Shown: piece after piece, positions 52,580 to 64,000 of the stretch
How the letters are laid out: every line of letters starts with the position of its first letter
How positions within the stretch are numbered: the first letter of the stretch is position 1
NCBI GenBank assembly: GCA_964016885.1
Contig: OZ024757.1
Location: 20,398,001-20,462,000 of the forward strand
DNA length: 64,000 nt
Direction of reading: 5' to 3'
Source of the DNA: Eledone cirrhosa
Taxonomy: Eukaryota
Position numbers and translations under genes: made by a program
Notes under the pieces: generated by a model
Database searches by the model: none
Seen by the model: only the letters and a program-made list of their open reading frames with translations
Told to the model about the DNA's origin: nothing

Positions 52580-53578
52580 AAATTTCTATATTAGCCACAA
52601 GAGCACAACAGAAGGGGACAAATACAAATGGGGAGTTTACATAGAGGTACATGAAAATAAAACTATTAATACAATAACAAATAACGATTGATATCCCCAA
52701 TAGGGGGGAGGGGGCGTTACACAGGGGTTGTACACACCTCGAAAAAATGTACAACCCTCCTCTCCAGGAGCACCAAGAGTGAGTACTCCCCTCCTATCTT
52801 CCTCTTTTTCCTCAACCTACAGGCTTATATAGAGAGAAGGCCCAACCACTCGGGCCATCTTTGCCACATTCACCTGACATACATATAGATATGTTTCTTT
52901 TATTTGCCACCAGGGCATCAAAAGTGGGACAAGTACAAAGAGGGGAGTTTACACAAAAAGGCGTCCTCAATAAGGAGGAGGCAATAACAAAATATAAAAA
53001 TAAAATAAAATAAAATATAACAAAAAATAAAATTTGTAACAAAATCCTCAATAGAGAGGAGGCGCCTTGGGGGGTCGCACATACCCCCGAAAAAAGTGTG
53101 CAACCCTTCTCCTCAGGAGCACAGAGAGGGAGTGCTCCCTCGTTCCTTCCTCTTTTCCACCTACAGGCTTATGTAAAGAGAAGGCCCATTCACACGGGCC
53201 ATTCTTGCCACTTTCACCCACCTTTCATAAAAACGACTGGGGTGGAGCACCTCTCTCTCCATCCTGATCCTTCTTCCGAAATGATATCGGAAGAAACGGA
53301 CCAGTTGTTGGCCAGAGAGAAAGGTGTCTGACCTCAGTCCTTTCAGACGCGTCCACCATACAACTTCTTTCACCATGGCTATTACGCACAGAAACACCGC
53401 CTCTCCTTCATCTTTGAAGGGGGGAGGCGGCTTGATTATTACAATAGACTCGGTGGTCAACCGGATCGGTCCCACCCTTGACAGCAGTTGTTCGACATAG
53501 CCCCACAGATCGGCTACGCCCGAGCAGTGTACCAATGCGTGTGCAACGGTTTCCTCGTCGCACACGTATCTGGGACAG
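52580..53578 (-). mobile_element. Tx1/L1-clade LINE 3' fragments (zf-RVT CCHC region and 3' UTR)
   Basis: ICPRYVCDEETVAHALVHC...LWGYVEQLL; related pieces at 54475-54640 and 57965-58500. Confidence 0.7.
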
Positions 53579-54673
53579 ATATAGATAGATGGATAGACAG
53601 ATAGATGGATGTATAAATGGCAACACAATATAAGTAAAGGGGTAATAGGATTGGAAGAAATAATAGCAGCTGGTGGTAAAAATCACATGACAGGTTATTC
53701 TATTATGTGATTCCCCCCCCCCCCCCCCCTCCCTCCCCCACAACCCATTTCATGTTAAAAAAAAAACAACAACACCACGCAAGCAAAAATACATTAAAAA
53801 AAAAAAACTCCCAATAAACCAACAAAAAGGAAGAATGATTGACCCATTGTGAAGGAGCTTCTTGAGTCATCCCTCCTTTGAAGGGGAAGCATTCTTTTTG
53901 TGTTTTTTTAATGGCTGGAATATGTGGCTTGCCACACCTGCATACCCATAGTTTTCTCTACTAACTGGAGCAGTTATGCCAACCCATTGTCAAGTTAATA
54001 GTTGTTCATCTGTAAAGCCACTGGCGTTCACATTGCCAAGGTCATCTAATTAAACTGATGATAACTGCATGAGCTAATGCTTACATGATTAACTAATTGT
54101 AAAAGAAAGTAGCAGCTGAGAAGCACCAACAAAATGATTATATTTACATACGAAGCCCATGCAAATAAGAATAAGTGGTGGTTGTTTGCTAAGACTACAT
54201 CACTTCTCCTCTTGCTAACACCCCATCCACCTCACTCACTGTTTTATCATCCATTCCTGTGGGCCTGTTCAGCAGAGAGGAATCAATGCTACATAAACAA
54301 GGGGCATGTGATCATGTGATCAGATAAATTTATGTATTTTAATTCTTTGCCAATTTCAATAATTCAATCAAAGTTTACAGAACCATCATATACCACCACC
54401 ACCACAACTACTACTACTACTACTGCTACTAATAACACCACCACTACTACCACTACTACTACTACAACCACTACTGCAGCCATCTCCCCATATTTGGTAA
54501 GCAACCCTTTCAGGCACATCCACCATACAACCTCTTTGACCAAGGCCACCAGACAGATAAAGACTGCCTGCGAATCTTCATGGACTCAGCTGTTAGTCGA
54601 ATCCATCCTACAGGTGGCAGCAGATGTTCGACATAAACTCATTTCATAATAATAATATCAATTTGATAAAAAT

Positions 54674-54858
54674 AATTGTTTCTACTTTAGGCACAAGGCC
54701 AGCAAATTACCCAGTGCATTACCGGTACTTTATTTTATCGACCCCGTGAGGATGAAAGGCAAAGTCAACCTCGGCGGGATTTGAACTCAGATCATAAAGG
54801 GACGTAACTATGCTGGAAAGCATGGCGTCCGACCCTCTACCGATACTGCCAATCCACC
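54674..54858 (-). mobile_element. SINE-A
   Basis: Match to other SINE-A copies. Confidence 0.85.
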
Positions 54859-54996
54859 GATAAAAATAATAAAACATAAAATGTATCAAAACAAGATAAA
54901 AACAATACAAGTTCAAAAACTTAATGTTTTAATATGATTACACACACACACGCGTGTGAATGTTTGTATATATATATATAAATATATATATATATA

Positions 54997-55870
54997 TGCA
55001 TCATCTCCACCGTGAGCTTCAGCGATCTGAGGTCTGCTCTCACCACCTCCGCCCATGTTTTTTGTGGTCTACCTCTACCACGTCTTCCTTCAAATGGCAT
55101 TTCTTGGGACTTCTTCACCCATCGGTCATCCTCCATGCGCATCACATGTCCATACCACCTCAGTCTCCTCTCCCGCACACTACAATTTATCCCTCTCAAA
55201 CACAGTTTCTCTTTCAACACATCCATGCTTGGTCGTTCTCGCACATTGACATTGCACATCCAACGGAGCATGCTTGCCTCATTTCTCTCCAGCCGTCGCA
55301 TATCCTCTGCAGTTGCTGCCCATGCCTCACTACCATGCAGCATCGCGCACCTCACACAGGCATCATATAACCGGCTTTTCGTACGCAGGGAGAAACCCTT
55401 CTTCGTCAGCAGAGGAAGCAGCTCCCTAAACTTCTTCCAACCCGTCCTTATTCTAGATACTATGGCCTCGGAACACCACCCCCTCACATGCTAATCTGAT
55501 CACCTAGGTGCCGGAAGCTATCAACCACTTCTATAGAACTCACCTGCATTTGAAAAATGTGTCTATCAATGCGACTTCTACTGTCAGAATGTAGTGTGCG
55601 AGAGAGGAGACTGCGGTGGTATGGACATGTGATGCGCATGGAGGGTGACCGATGGGTGAAGAAGTGCCAGGAAATGCCAGTTGAAGGAAGATGTGGTAGA
55701 GGTAGACCACGAAAAACATGGGCAGAGGTGGTGAGAACAGACCTCAGATTGCTGAAGTTCACGGGGGAGATGACGAAGGACCGTGACATGTGGAGAGATG
55801 CTGTGCTGAATAGGAGCTGTCCCACTCTTGCAAGCAGGGAAAAGTGGACATAAAATGATGATGATGATGA
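54997..55870. mobile_element. RTE LINE 3' region present as head-to-head inverted pieces
   Basis: Minus piece 54997-55570 (RIRTGWKKFRELLPLL...RRLRWYGHV); plus piece 55589-55870 repeats RRLRWYGHV through to the tail. Confidence 0.85.
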
Positions 55871-56132
55871 TATATATATGTGTGCGTGTGTGTGATGAGA
55901 TGTATGGTGGTACGAAGACAGGGAAAGGGCGGGTTCATGTTTATATTAAAGAGAAAAGCCTTGATAGAAACAAGTGCTTGGATTCCCAAGGTACTGACTA
56001 GGAAACGTTCAATGTTTATTTACTAACATACTTCCATCATATAACCTGTTAATGAAGCCAGTTAAGATGGGAAGGTGCGGGTGGGCATTTCTGCTGCTGC
56101 TGCTACTACTACTACTAATAATAATAATAATA

Positions 56133-56466
56133 ATTGTTTTTACTTTTGGCCCAAGGCCAGCAATTACCCTGTGCATTACAGGTACTTTATTTTATCGGCC
56201 CCGTAAGGATGAAAGGCAAAGTCAACCTCGGCGGGATTTGAACTCAGATCATAAAGGGACGTAACTATGCTGGAAAGCATGGCGTTCGACCCTCTACTGA
56301 TACTGCCAATCTACCGCCCCTTAGTTAACATAATAATGATTTCTTTATTAACTACAAAGGGTTTACAAAAAATACGTCAAAGACAGTACAGGAGAGTACA
56401 AAAATCGGTTTTTGCATGAGGGGTTACTCATGGAGAAAGCCCACAAGCGCCATAATCACCATGACC

Positions 56467-56501
<35 letters not shown>

Positions 56502-57252
56502 TGATGATTTCTACTCTAGGCAGAAGGTGAGCAATTTAGAGGGAGGGGGAAGTCGATTAAATCGACCCCAGTGCATTACTGGTACTTTATTTTATCGACC
56601 CCATAAGATGAAAGGTAAAGCCAACCATTGAACTTGAAAGGAAAAGGGTCGTAATTATATGCTGCAAAGCATGTTGGCGAACACTCTAAAGTACAGCCAA
56701 TCCACCGCCCTAATAATTGTTTCTACTTTTGGCACAAGGCCAGCAATCATCCCAGTGTATTACTGGTACTTTATTTTATCGACCCCGTAAGGGTGAAAGG
56801 CAAAGTTAACCTCGGCGGGATTTGAACTCAGACCATAAAGGGTGTCTGACCCTCTACCGATACTGCCAATCCACTGCCCTAATAATGGTTTCTGATTGAA
56901 GTACAAGGCCAGCAATTTTGGGGGAGGGCCAAGTCGATTAAAGAGACCTCAATGAGCTACTGATACTTTATTTTATTGACCCCGTAGGGATAAAAGGCAA
57001 AGTTAACCTGAGTAGGATTTCAACTGAGAATGTAAAGAACCTGAACAAATGCCACAAAACATTTTATTCAATGCTTTTGGCACAAGGCCAGCAATTACCC
57101 AGTGTATTACTGGTACTTTATTTCATCGATCCCGTAAGGACGAAAGGCAAAGTTAACCTCGGTGGAATTTGAACCCAGACGTAAAGGGGTGTAACTCTAT
57201 GCTGCAAAGCATGGTGTCCGATCTTCTACCGATACTGCCAATACACCGCCCT
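56133..57252 (-). mobile_element. Cluster of about five SINE-A copies and variants
   Basis: Repeated ggcacaaggccagcaatt...ggatttgaactcag. Confidence 0.85.
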
Positions 57253-57258
57253 AATTAA

Positions 57259-57728
57259 TCTAAACTATAATAAAGTAAGGAGCGCGGGACTGCGTACGGT
57301 TTATAATTTTTTATTCCCTTAGTAAAATAAGTTGGATTACTTTGAATAAATAATGAATGAATATTACATAATTTATCTACTAAATTTCGTGGCTGTTCAT
57401 TAAATATATTTTGTTTATTTAAAGATTCACTTCTTTAAAATTTCTGAAATGTCAACACTTCCGGTGGCGATCGCTTAAATAAACATATTCATTTTCTCCT
57501 AATTCAGTTTATATATAATATCGTCTTTTTTTAATGTATCATGGATTACGTTACTGATTAAATAAGACAGTGTAACGCAGTCTTCGTTCAATTTCTATGT
57601 ATTATATATTGTCAATTACGATTTTATTTGATGTATCATATCTACCTGTATATATACCTGCATATAATATCAATATACACACTACACATACCAGCAGAAA
57701 ACCACCCGAACGGTGGTTTTTCTGCTAG
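57259..57728 (+). mobile_element. Non-autonomous Helitron H1, uninterrupted copy
   Basis: a|tctaaac start; hairpin cagcagaaaaccacc-cgaac-ggtggtttttctgctag|t end. Confidence 0.85.
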
Positions 57729-57757
57729 TAATGATAATAATAATAATAATAATAATA

Positions 57758-57944
57758 ATTGTTTCTACTTTTTGGCACAAGGCCAGCAATTACCCAGTAC
57801 ATTACTGGTACTTTATTTTATTGACTCCGTAAGGATGAAAGGCAAAGTCAACCTCAGCGGGATTTGAACTCAGATCGTTAAGGGACGTAACTATGCTGGA
57901 AAGCATGGCATCCGACGCTCTACCGATACTGCCAATCCACCGCC
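57758..57944 (-). mobile_element. SINE-A
   Basis: Match to other SINE-A copies. Confidence 0.85.
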
Positions 57945-58379
57945 TTTAATAATAATAATGATTTCATTTATTAGCCACAAGGGCTGACATGTAGGGGACA
58001 ATACCAAGACACGGACAGCGGGGTTTACAATAAGATTGAGTAAAATTGCACAATAACAAAATCAATTTAACAATGCAAAACAAATTTAAAACCAAACTGT
58101 CTAAAAATAACAAAATAACCTCCTCAATAGAGAGGCGAACCACCCAGGGGCGACTCAGGTACCCCACCATTCCTGAATCACCCGACACTTCTAGGGTACT
58201 CGGGGAGGGCACCCCTCTCCTCCTCAAATTAACCAGCCTACAGGCACATGGTCAGAGTAGACCCACTCACACGAGCCATTCTCGCCACATTCATCCACCT
58301 TTCAGCAAATGACCTGGGGGGAGGGCAGCACTTCTCTCTCCACCCTCACCTTCCTTTCCAAGTGAAATCTGAAAAAGTT

Positions 58380-59790
58380 GATGAGGGATCAACTAAAGAG
58401 GAAAATGTCTGTCTTCAGTCCTTTCAACCAGGTCTTCCATACAACCTCTTTTGCAACTGCCACCAGACAGAGGAAAATTGCCTGCCATTCCTGGCCAAAA
58501 ATAATGGTTTATGATTTAGGCATAAGGCCAACAATTTTTTTTTGTATGTGTGGGGTGGGGTGGGGATGGGGAGTCAATTAATTTGAGGGATCGACCGAAG
58601 AGAAAAGTGTCTGTCTTCAGTCCTTTCAACCAGGTCTTCCATACAACCTCTTTTGCAACTGCCACCAGACAGGAAAATTGCCTGCCATTCCTGGCCAAAA
58701 ATAATGGTTTATGATTTAGGCATAAGGCCAACAATTTTTTTTTGTATGTGTGGGGTGGGGTGGGGATGGGGAGTCAATTAATTTGAGGGATCGACCGAAG
58801 AGAAAAGTGTCTGTCTTCAGTCCTTTCAACCAGGTCTTCCATACCTCTTTTGCAACTGCCACCAGACAGAGGAAAATTGCCTGCCATTCCTGGCCAAAAA
58901 TAATGGTTTATGATTTAGGCATAAGGCCAACAATTTTTTTTTGTATGTGTGGGGTGGGGTGGGGAGTCAATTAATTTGAGGGATCGACCGAAGAGAAAAG
59001 TGTCTGTCTTCAGTCCTTTCAACCAGGTCTTCCATACAACCTCTTTTGCAACTGCCACCAGACAGAGGAAAATTGCCTGCCATTCCTGGCCAAAAATAAT
59101 GGTTTATGATTTAGACATAAGGCCAACAATTTTTTTTTGTATGTGTGGGGTGGGGTGGGGAGTCAATTAATTTGAGGGATCGACCGAAGAGAAAAGTGTC
59201 TGTCTTCAGTCCTTTCAACCAGGTCTTCCATACAACCTCTTTTGCAACTGCCACCAGACAGAGGAAAATTGCCTGCCATTCCTGGCCAAAAATAATGGTT
59301 TATGATTTAGACATAAGGCCAACAATTTTTTTTTGTATGAGTGGGGTGGGGTGGGGATGGGGAGTCAATTAATTTGAGGGATCGACCGAAGAGAAAAGTG
59401 TCTGTCTTCAGTCCTTTCAACCAGGTCTTCCATACAACCTCTTTTGCAACTGCCACCAGACAGAGGAAAATTGCCTGCCATTCCTGGCCAAAAATAATGG
59501 TTTATGATTTAGACATAAGGCCAACAATTTTTTTTTGTATGTGTGGGGTGGGGTGGGGATGGGGAGTCAATTAATTTGAGGGATCGACCGAAGAGAAAAG
59601 TGTCTGTCTTCAGTCCTTTCAACCAGGTCTTCCATACAACCTCTTTTGCAACTGCCACCAGACAGAGGAAAATTGCCTGCCATTCCTGGCCAAAAATAAT
59701 GGTTTATGATTTAGACATAAGGCCAACAATTTTTTTTTGTGTGTGTGGGGTGGGGTGGGGATGGGGTGGGGATGGAGAATCAATTAATTT
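58380..59790. repeat. About 200-bp tandem repeat (7 copies) of a Tx1-LINE/SINE junction
   Basis: atttgagggatcgacc at about 58581, 58781, 58974, 59170, 59372 and 59574. Confidence 0.9.
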
Positions 59791-60785
59791 GACCCCAGTA
59801 CATCACCGGCACTTTACTTTATTTTATCGACCCTGTAAGGATGAAAGGTAAAGCTACCCTCAATGGGATTTGAACTCAGAACCTAAAGGGCTGTAATTAT
59901 ATGCTTGGGTATCAAGCTGGAACCATTGGCGATGGCTGCTTCTGACAGGACCTGCTGGGAGGAGTATTTGAGGACTCTGCTCCCATAACCCTCCATGGAA
60001 TAAGTGGCCAAAAAAGAAGAGAAGAGAAGAGATTTGAAGGAGCTTTAATTGTTATGAGTAACCACATAACAAGTTAAATGATCCCAGCAATATACTGGAG
60101 TTCATTCAATGAACTATATCCCTCCCTACCTCTCCAACAAATCTGTGGACTTGTGCCAAAAGTAAAAATCATGTGCAACCATTTTGAGCAAATGACATGA
60201 TTGGTAGAACAGAAGGAAACAGTTCAAATTTAACCTGACTTTGGACAAAAGCCAGCCAAACCCACTTCCAGGAACTTGCTTTGCCCATCTTCCTGTTTCA
60301 CAACCCAATTGGCATCCTACCAATTCTGCCAGCTACTATTAAAGAGGACCGAAATTCCAGTTCCAAGTAGGTACCTGTTTGAATAAATTCAACTTGTGTT
60401 ATTGATATTTATTACTTTCTTAGAGTTATAAATAATTTCCCCCATAAATCTGCCAAACATTTCTTCTAGATAGCAAACGATTAACTATCACAAAAACCAA
60501 TTGAATATAATTTCAACAACAGGGTTTAAAATGGGTGTATTATTGTATGAAGAAGGCTGAAAATACCCAATGATTCAAACAAAAGCACCTCTCTTTTTTA
60601 ATAGCCTACTCAGAGAGAGAGAGAGAGAGAGAGAGTTTGAAAATGGAAAAGAACTAGAAATAATATTTAGAAAAGAAGCAAAATGAGGAATGAATTGAAA
60701 AAAAAGAAGTGTTTTTTTGTAAAAGTGAGTGTGAAAATTCTCTGCCCTACAGTTAAGCTTTTACTGTTTCAATAGCAAATGAGAA

Positions 60786-60822
<37 letters not shown>

Positions 60823-62829
60823 ATATATTTCCATTTAAATTAGAAATTAGAAGCAATAACTATTCCTATTTTTAGAGATTTCACTCAGTTGTATTTGGGG
60901 TGGTGGTCACAGCTGGAATGACTGCTCTTGAACCAGTCTCCTGGGTTACTTTATCCTATTTCTAAAATATTACTTATATAGTGATAAAATATCAGGGCAA
61001 TAGACGGGCAGAATCAGTAGAGCAATGAGTAAAATGCTTTGTGGTGTTTAGTTATGTCTATTTACATTCTGAGTTCAAATCTCGCTGGGGTCAACTTAGC
61101 CTTTCAACACTTCTAGGGTTGATAAAATAAAGTACTAGTCAAATACTGAGGTTAATCAACTTTCCCCCTTATCCCCAAATTTCTGGCTTAGTGCCTGTTA
61201 GAAATAATTATTATGGTCAACTGCACATATTTAAAAAAAAAAAAACTTTCAGAGAAGGAAACAAAAAAAAGGTCTAAAATCTGTATCAAGCCCAGGTTCA
61301 CAAAGCTGGTGTTTATCCCAGTTTTCATGGTGTTAATCCTTTAATGTTCAAACCGGCCCAAACCGGCCAGAATTCTCTACCTCTATCTGTTGAAACTGGC
61401 TGTAACTGGTCACTCAAACTGATGTTAAGGTATTGTTCTCAAAATTAAATACTTTCAAAATCTCACAGATTCGATATTATGTGAGATAATTATGTGAGGT
61501 AAAGCCTTTACCATGAAAATATAATAGTATATATAGAGTAATATGAATGACTGAGAGTACAAAATTGCCCCCTGGACAGAACACCAGTTCATTGCAGGGT
61601 TAAACCCCCACCCAGCTATTGCTGGTATCATTTCCAGTTGAGTATACTGGAACAAAGTGAAAAGTGTTTTGCTCAAGAACTCAACACTGACCAGGAGTCC
61701 AACACACTTACCACTTGGCCACAGGCCTAGTGGTAAGTGTAAACAAACATTTTGATTATTAAAGTTGTTAGAAGGTCGAATAGTTTTGTAGGATTCACCC
61801 TAGTTCTCCGAGCTCTGAAATTCAAATCACAAAACGTCCAACTTTGCTTTTCATCCTTACAAGGTTGATAAAACAAGTACCAGTCTCGTACTGGGGTCAA
61901 TTCTTCCTCTATTATCTCTCTCTCTCTCTCCTTCCCTGGAAGAAATCTGTTATGTTCAGACCTGAAGAATGGACGGGATCCACCAGCTTTAAAATGATTA
62001 AGACATGCCTTATGTTAGGGCAGGACACCACTGCACTGACTCCATCAGGAGTTACGCGGGGAGGGAGGGAGGGACCACATTACAATAAATAATTAAATAA
62101 ACAAATAGAGACATACTTACTGAATGAAAAAGAAATCAGTCAGTGAAAGGGACTGCTGTTATGTCCATGGTGGTGTTTGTATTGATGATAGAGAAATAAA
62201 GAGCTATTGAAGTAGACAGTGTAATGTGGCTGGGAGAGAGAGAGAGGAAGATGACAGTACAGTGATGTTGTTGTGGTGGTGGTGTTGCTACTGTTATGTT
62301 GTGGTGGTGCTGTTGCTACTGTTGTAGTTGTGGTTATTGTAAATGGACAGATATAAAGTGATATTGAACGAAATGTGGATGGAAGAAAAGAAGTTAACAG
62401 TTTAGTGGTGTTGTTATTGTTACAATGGCAGTGTTGTTACTACTGCCAAGAGGTCAGTCAGGAAAGAAGGAAAGCTAACTATTTAGTTTATAAAACTGTA
62501 CAGAAAGATTTCTTTCTCTCTTTTTTTTTCTTCCAACTAAAATCTACACTCTCTTGTATCATGGTGCCTTGCCATACTTTCCTCCCTCCGAAATTTACTC
62601 CCCACATATAGTTCCTTTCTGTTTCGTCTTGGCTATTGTAATCCTTTTCCTTGTTTTCTTTATATGAATAAAAGTAACACCCACATATCTCTCTGTCTCT
62701 CGCATATACATACATACATATATATATATATATACAGATATATATATATATATATATACGAGAGATATATATGTTGATTTAAGACTTCACTGCTTGCAAG
62801 TGTTTTTTAAGCTTCATACCATGTCTCCC

Positions 62830-62900
62830 TATTTTATCTGATGAGAACGCAAATATCATCCCATGATGATATTTGTTTTTGAAATGCGCATAATAAAATA
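62830..62900 (+). ncRNA. Minimal hammerhead ribozyme (family HH-C)
   Basis: tattttat-CTGATGA-gaacgcaaatatcatc-ccat-gatgatatttgttttt-GAA-ATGCGCAT-A-ataaaata. Confidence 0.75.
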
Positions 62901-62935
62901 CATGGAACTCTATTAACCATCTTTTGATCTTATAT

Positions 62936-63000
<65 letters not shown>

Positions 63001-63035
63001 GTGTGTGTGTGTGTGTGTGAGTGTGTGTGTGTGAG

Positions 63036-63066
<31 letters not shown>

Positions 63067-63407
63067 GTATGTATAGAACATGTACATGAATATATGTATA
63101 TGTGTACATATATGTTTATAAATGTGTATGTATATATATATATATCATCATCATCATTTTACGTCCGCTTTTCCCTGCTTGCAAGGGTTGGACGGGTCTT
63201 ATTCAGCACAGCATCTCTCCACTTGTCACGGTCCTTCGTCATCTCCTCGCACAAAGGAACTGACACAGACACAAGGGGTTGAGGGTACTGGAAGGATTTC
63301 TTTCTTTTTTTTTTTTTTTTTTTTGTTGTTTAAGACAGTTGATAGATAATCCTAGAACATGTGGTAATCAACTGCAATAAAGATGCAGTAGCTGACAAAA
63401 TACACAC

Positions 63408-63595
63408 TCCACCACTACTACTACTACTACTGCCACCACTGCTACTGCTACTACTACTATTACTACTGCCACCACCACTGCTACTACTACTACTATTACT
63501 GCCACCACCACTGCTACTGCTACTACTACTACTACCACCACTGCCACCATAACTACTACAACTACAACCACAGCTACTGCAATCTCCACTGCTAC
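63408..63595. repeat. (CTA/CCA/CTG)n trinucleotide repeat
   Basis: Direct inspection. Confidence 0.9.
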
Positions 63596-64000
63596 ACAGT
63601 TACTTGATCTCTAACCCTAGTTATTACACACTGCACACATGGGCTGAGAACTGAACAGTGTGGCAGAGAGAGGGAGGGAGAGAAGGAGAGAGGGGGGAGA
63701 GGAGAGAGAGAGAATAAACATTATTGTACACAATAATTTTCATTATTTACACTCACTCTCACACACACAAATACATATTTAAGTACACATACACACAAAC
63801 ATGTAATATCAGAGAGGGTGGAGAAGTGACCATTAAAACAAAAGCATTTAAAAGGGACAGAGAAAGGGATGGAAAGAGAGTGATGCCAGAGACAAAAATA
63901 AAACATTCGTCCAGCAGGAGTCAGTTGATGAGGTGGGAAGGCTCTATGATAGAAACAGCAGCTAAACCTATTATATTTCTTCATCAAACCCACACTGTTC

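Overview
Eukaryotic, AT-rich, repeat-saturated non-coding DNA. The SINE families, microsatellite load and RTE/CR1/Tx1 LINE mix suggest an octopus or other cephalopod (inference). No intact host gene is visible, and nearly all long ORFs in the track are artefacts of tandem repeats or microsatellites. The window holds decayed RTE, CR1 and Tx1 LINE pieces, two abundant tRNA-derived SINE families, non-autonomous Helitrons, piggyBac- and mariner-type MITEs, and many TE-derived minisatellites. Main discoveries: (1) a 310-bp tandem array with an inverted block (22308-24353) in which every unit carries a complete type I hammerhead ribozyme with a palindromic stem III, 7 ribozymes in all, i.e. a retrozyme/Penelope-pLTR-like element. 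At least four more intact-looking hammerheads of other families and several fold-back remnants lie elsewhere in the window. (2) An exact 30 x 48-bp homogeneous satellite block flanked by a 19-bp direct repeat, sitting inverted about 1.9 kb from an older array of the same unit. (3) A textbook-like recursive splice site on the minus strand (19110/19109), suggesting the window lies in a very long intron.
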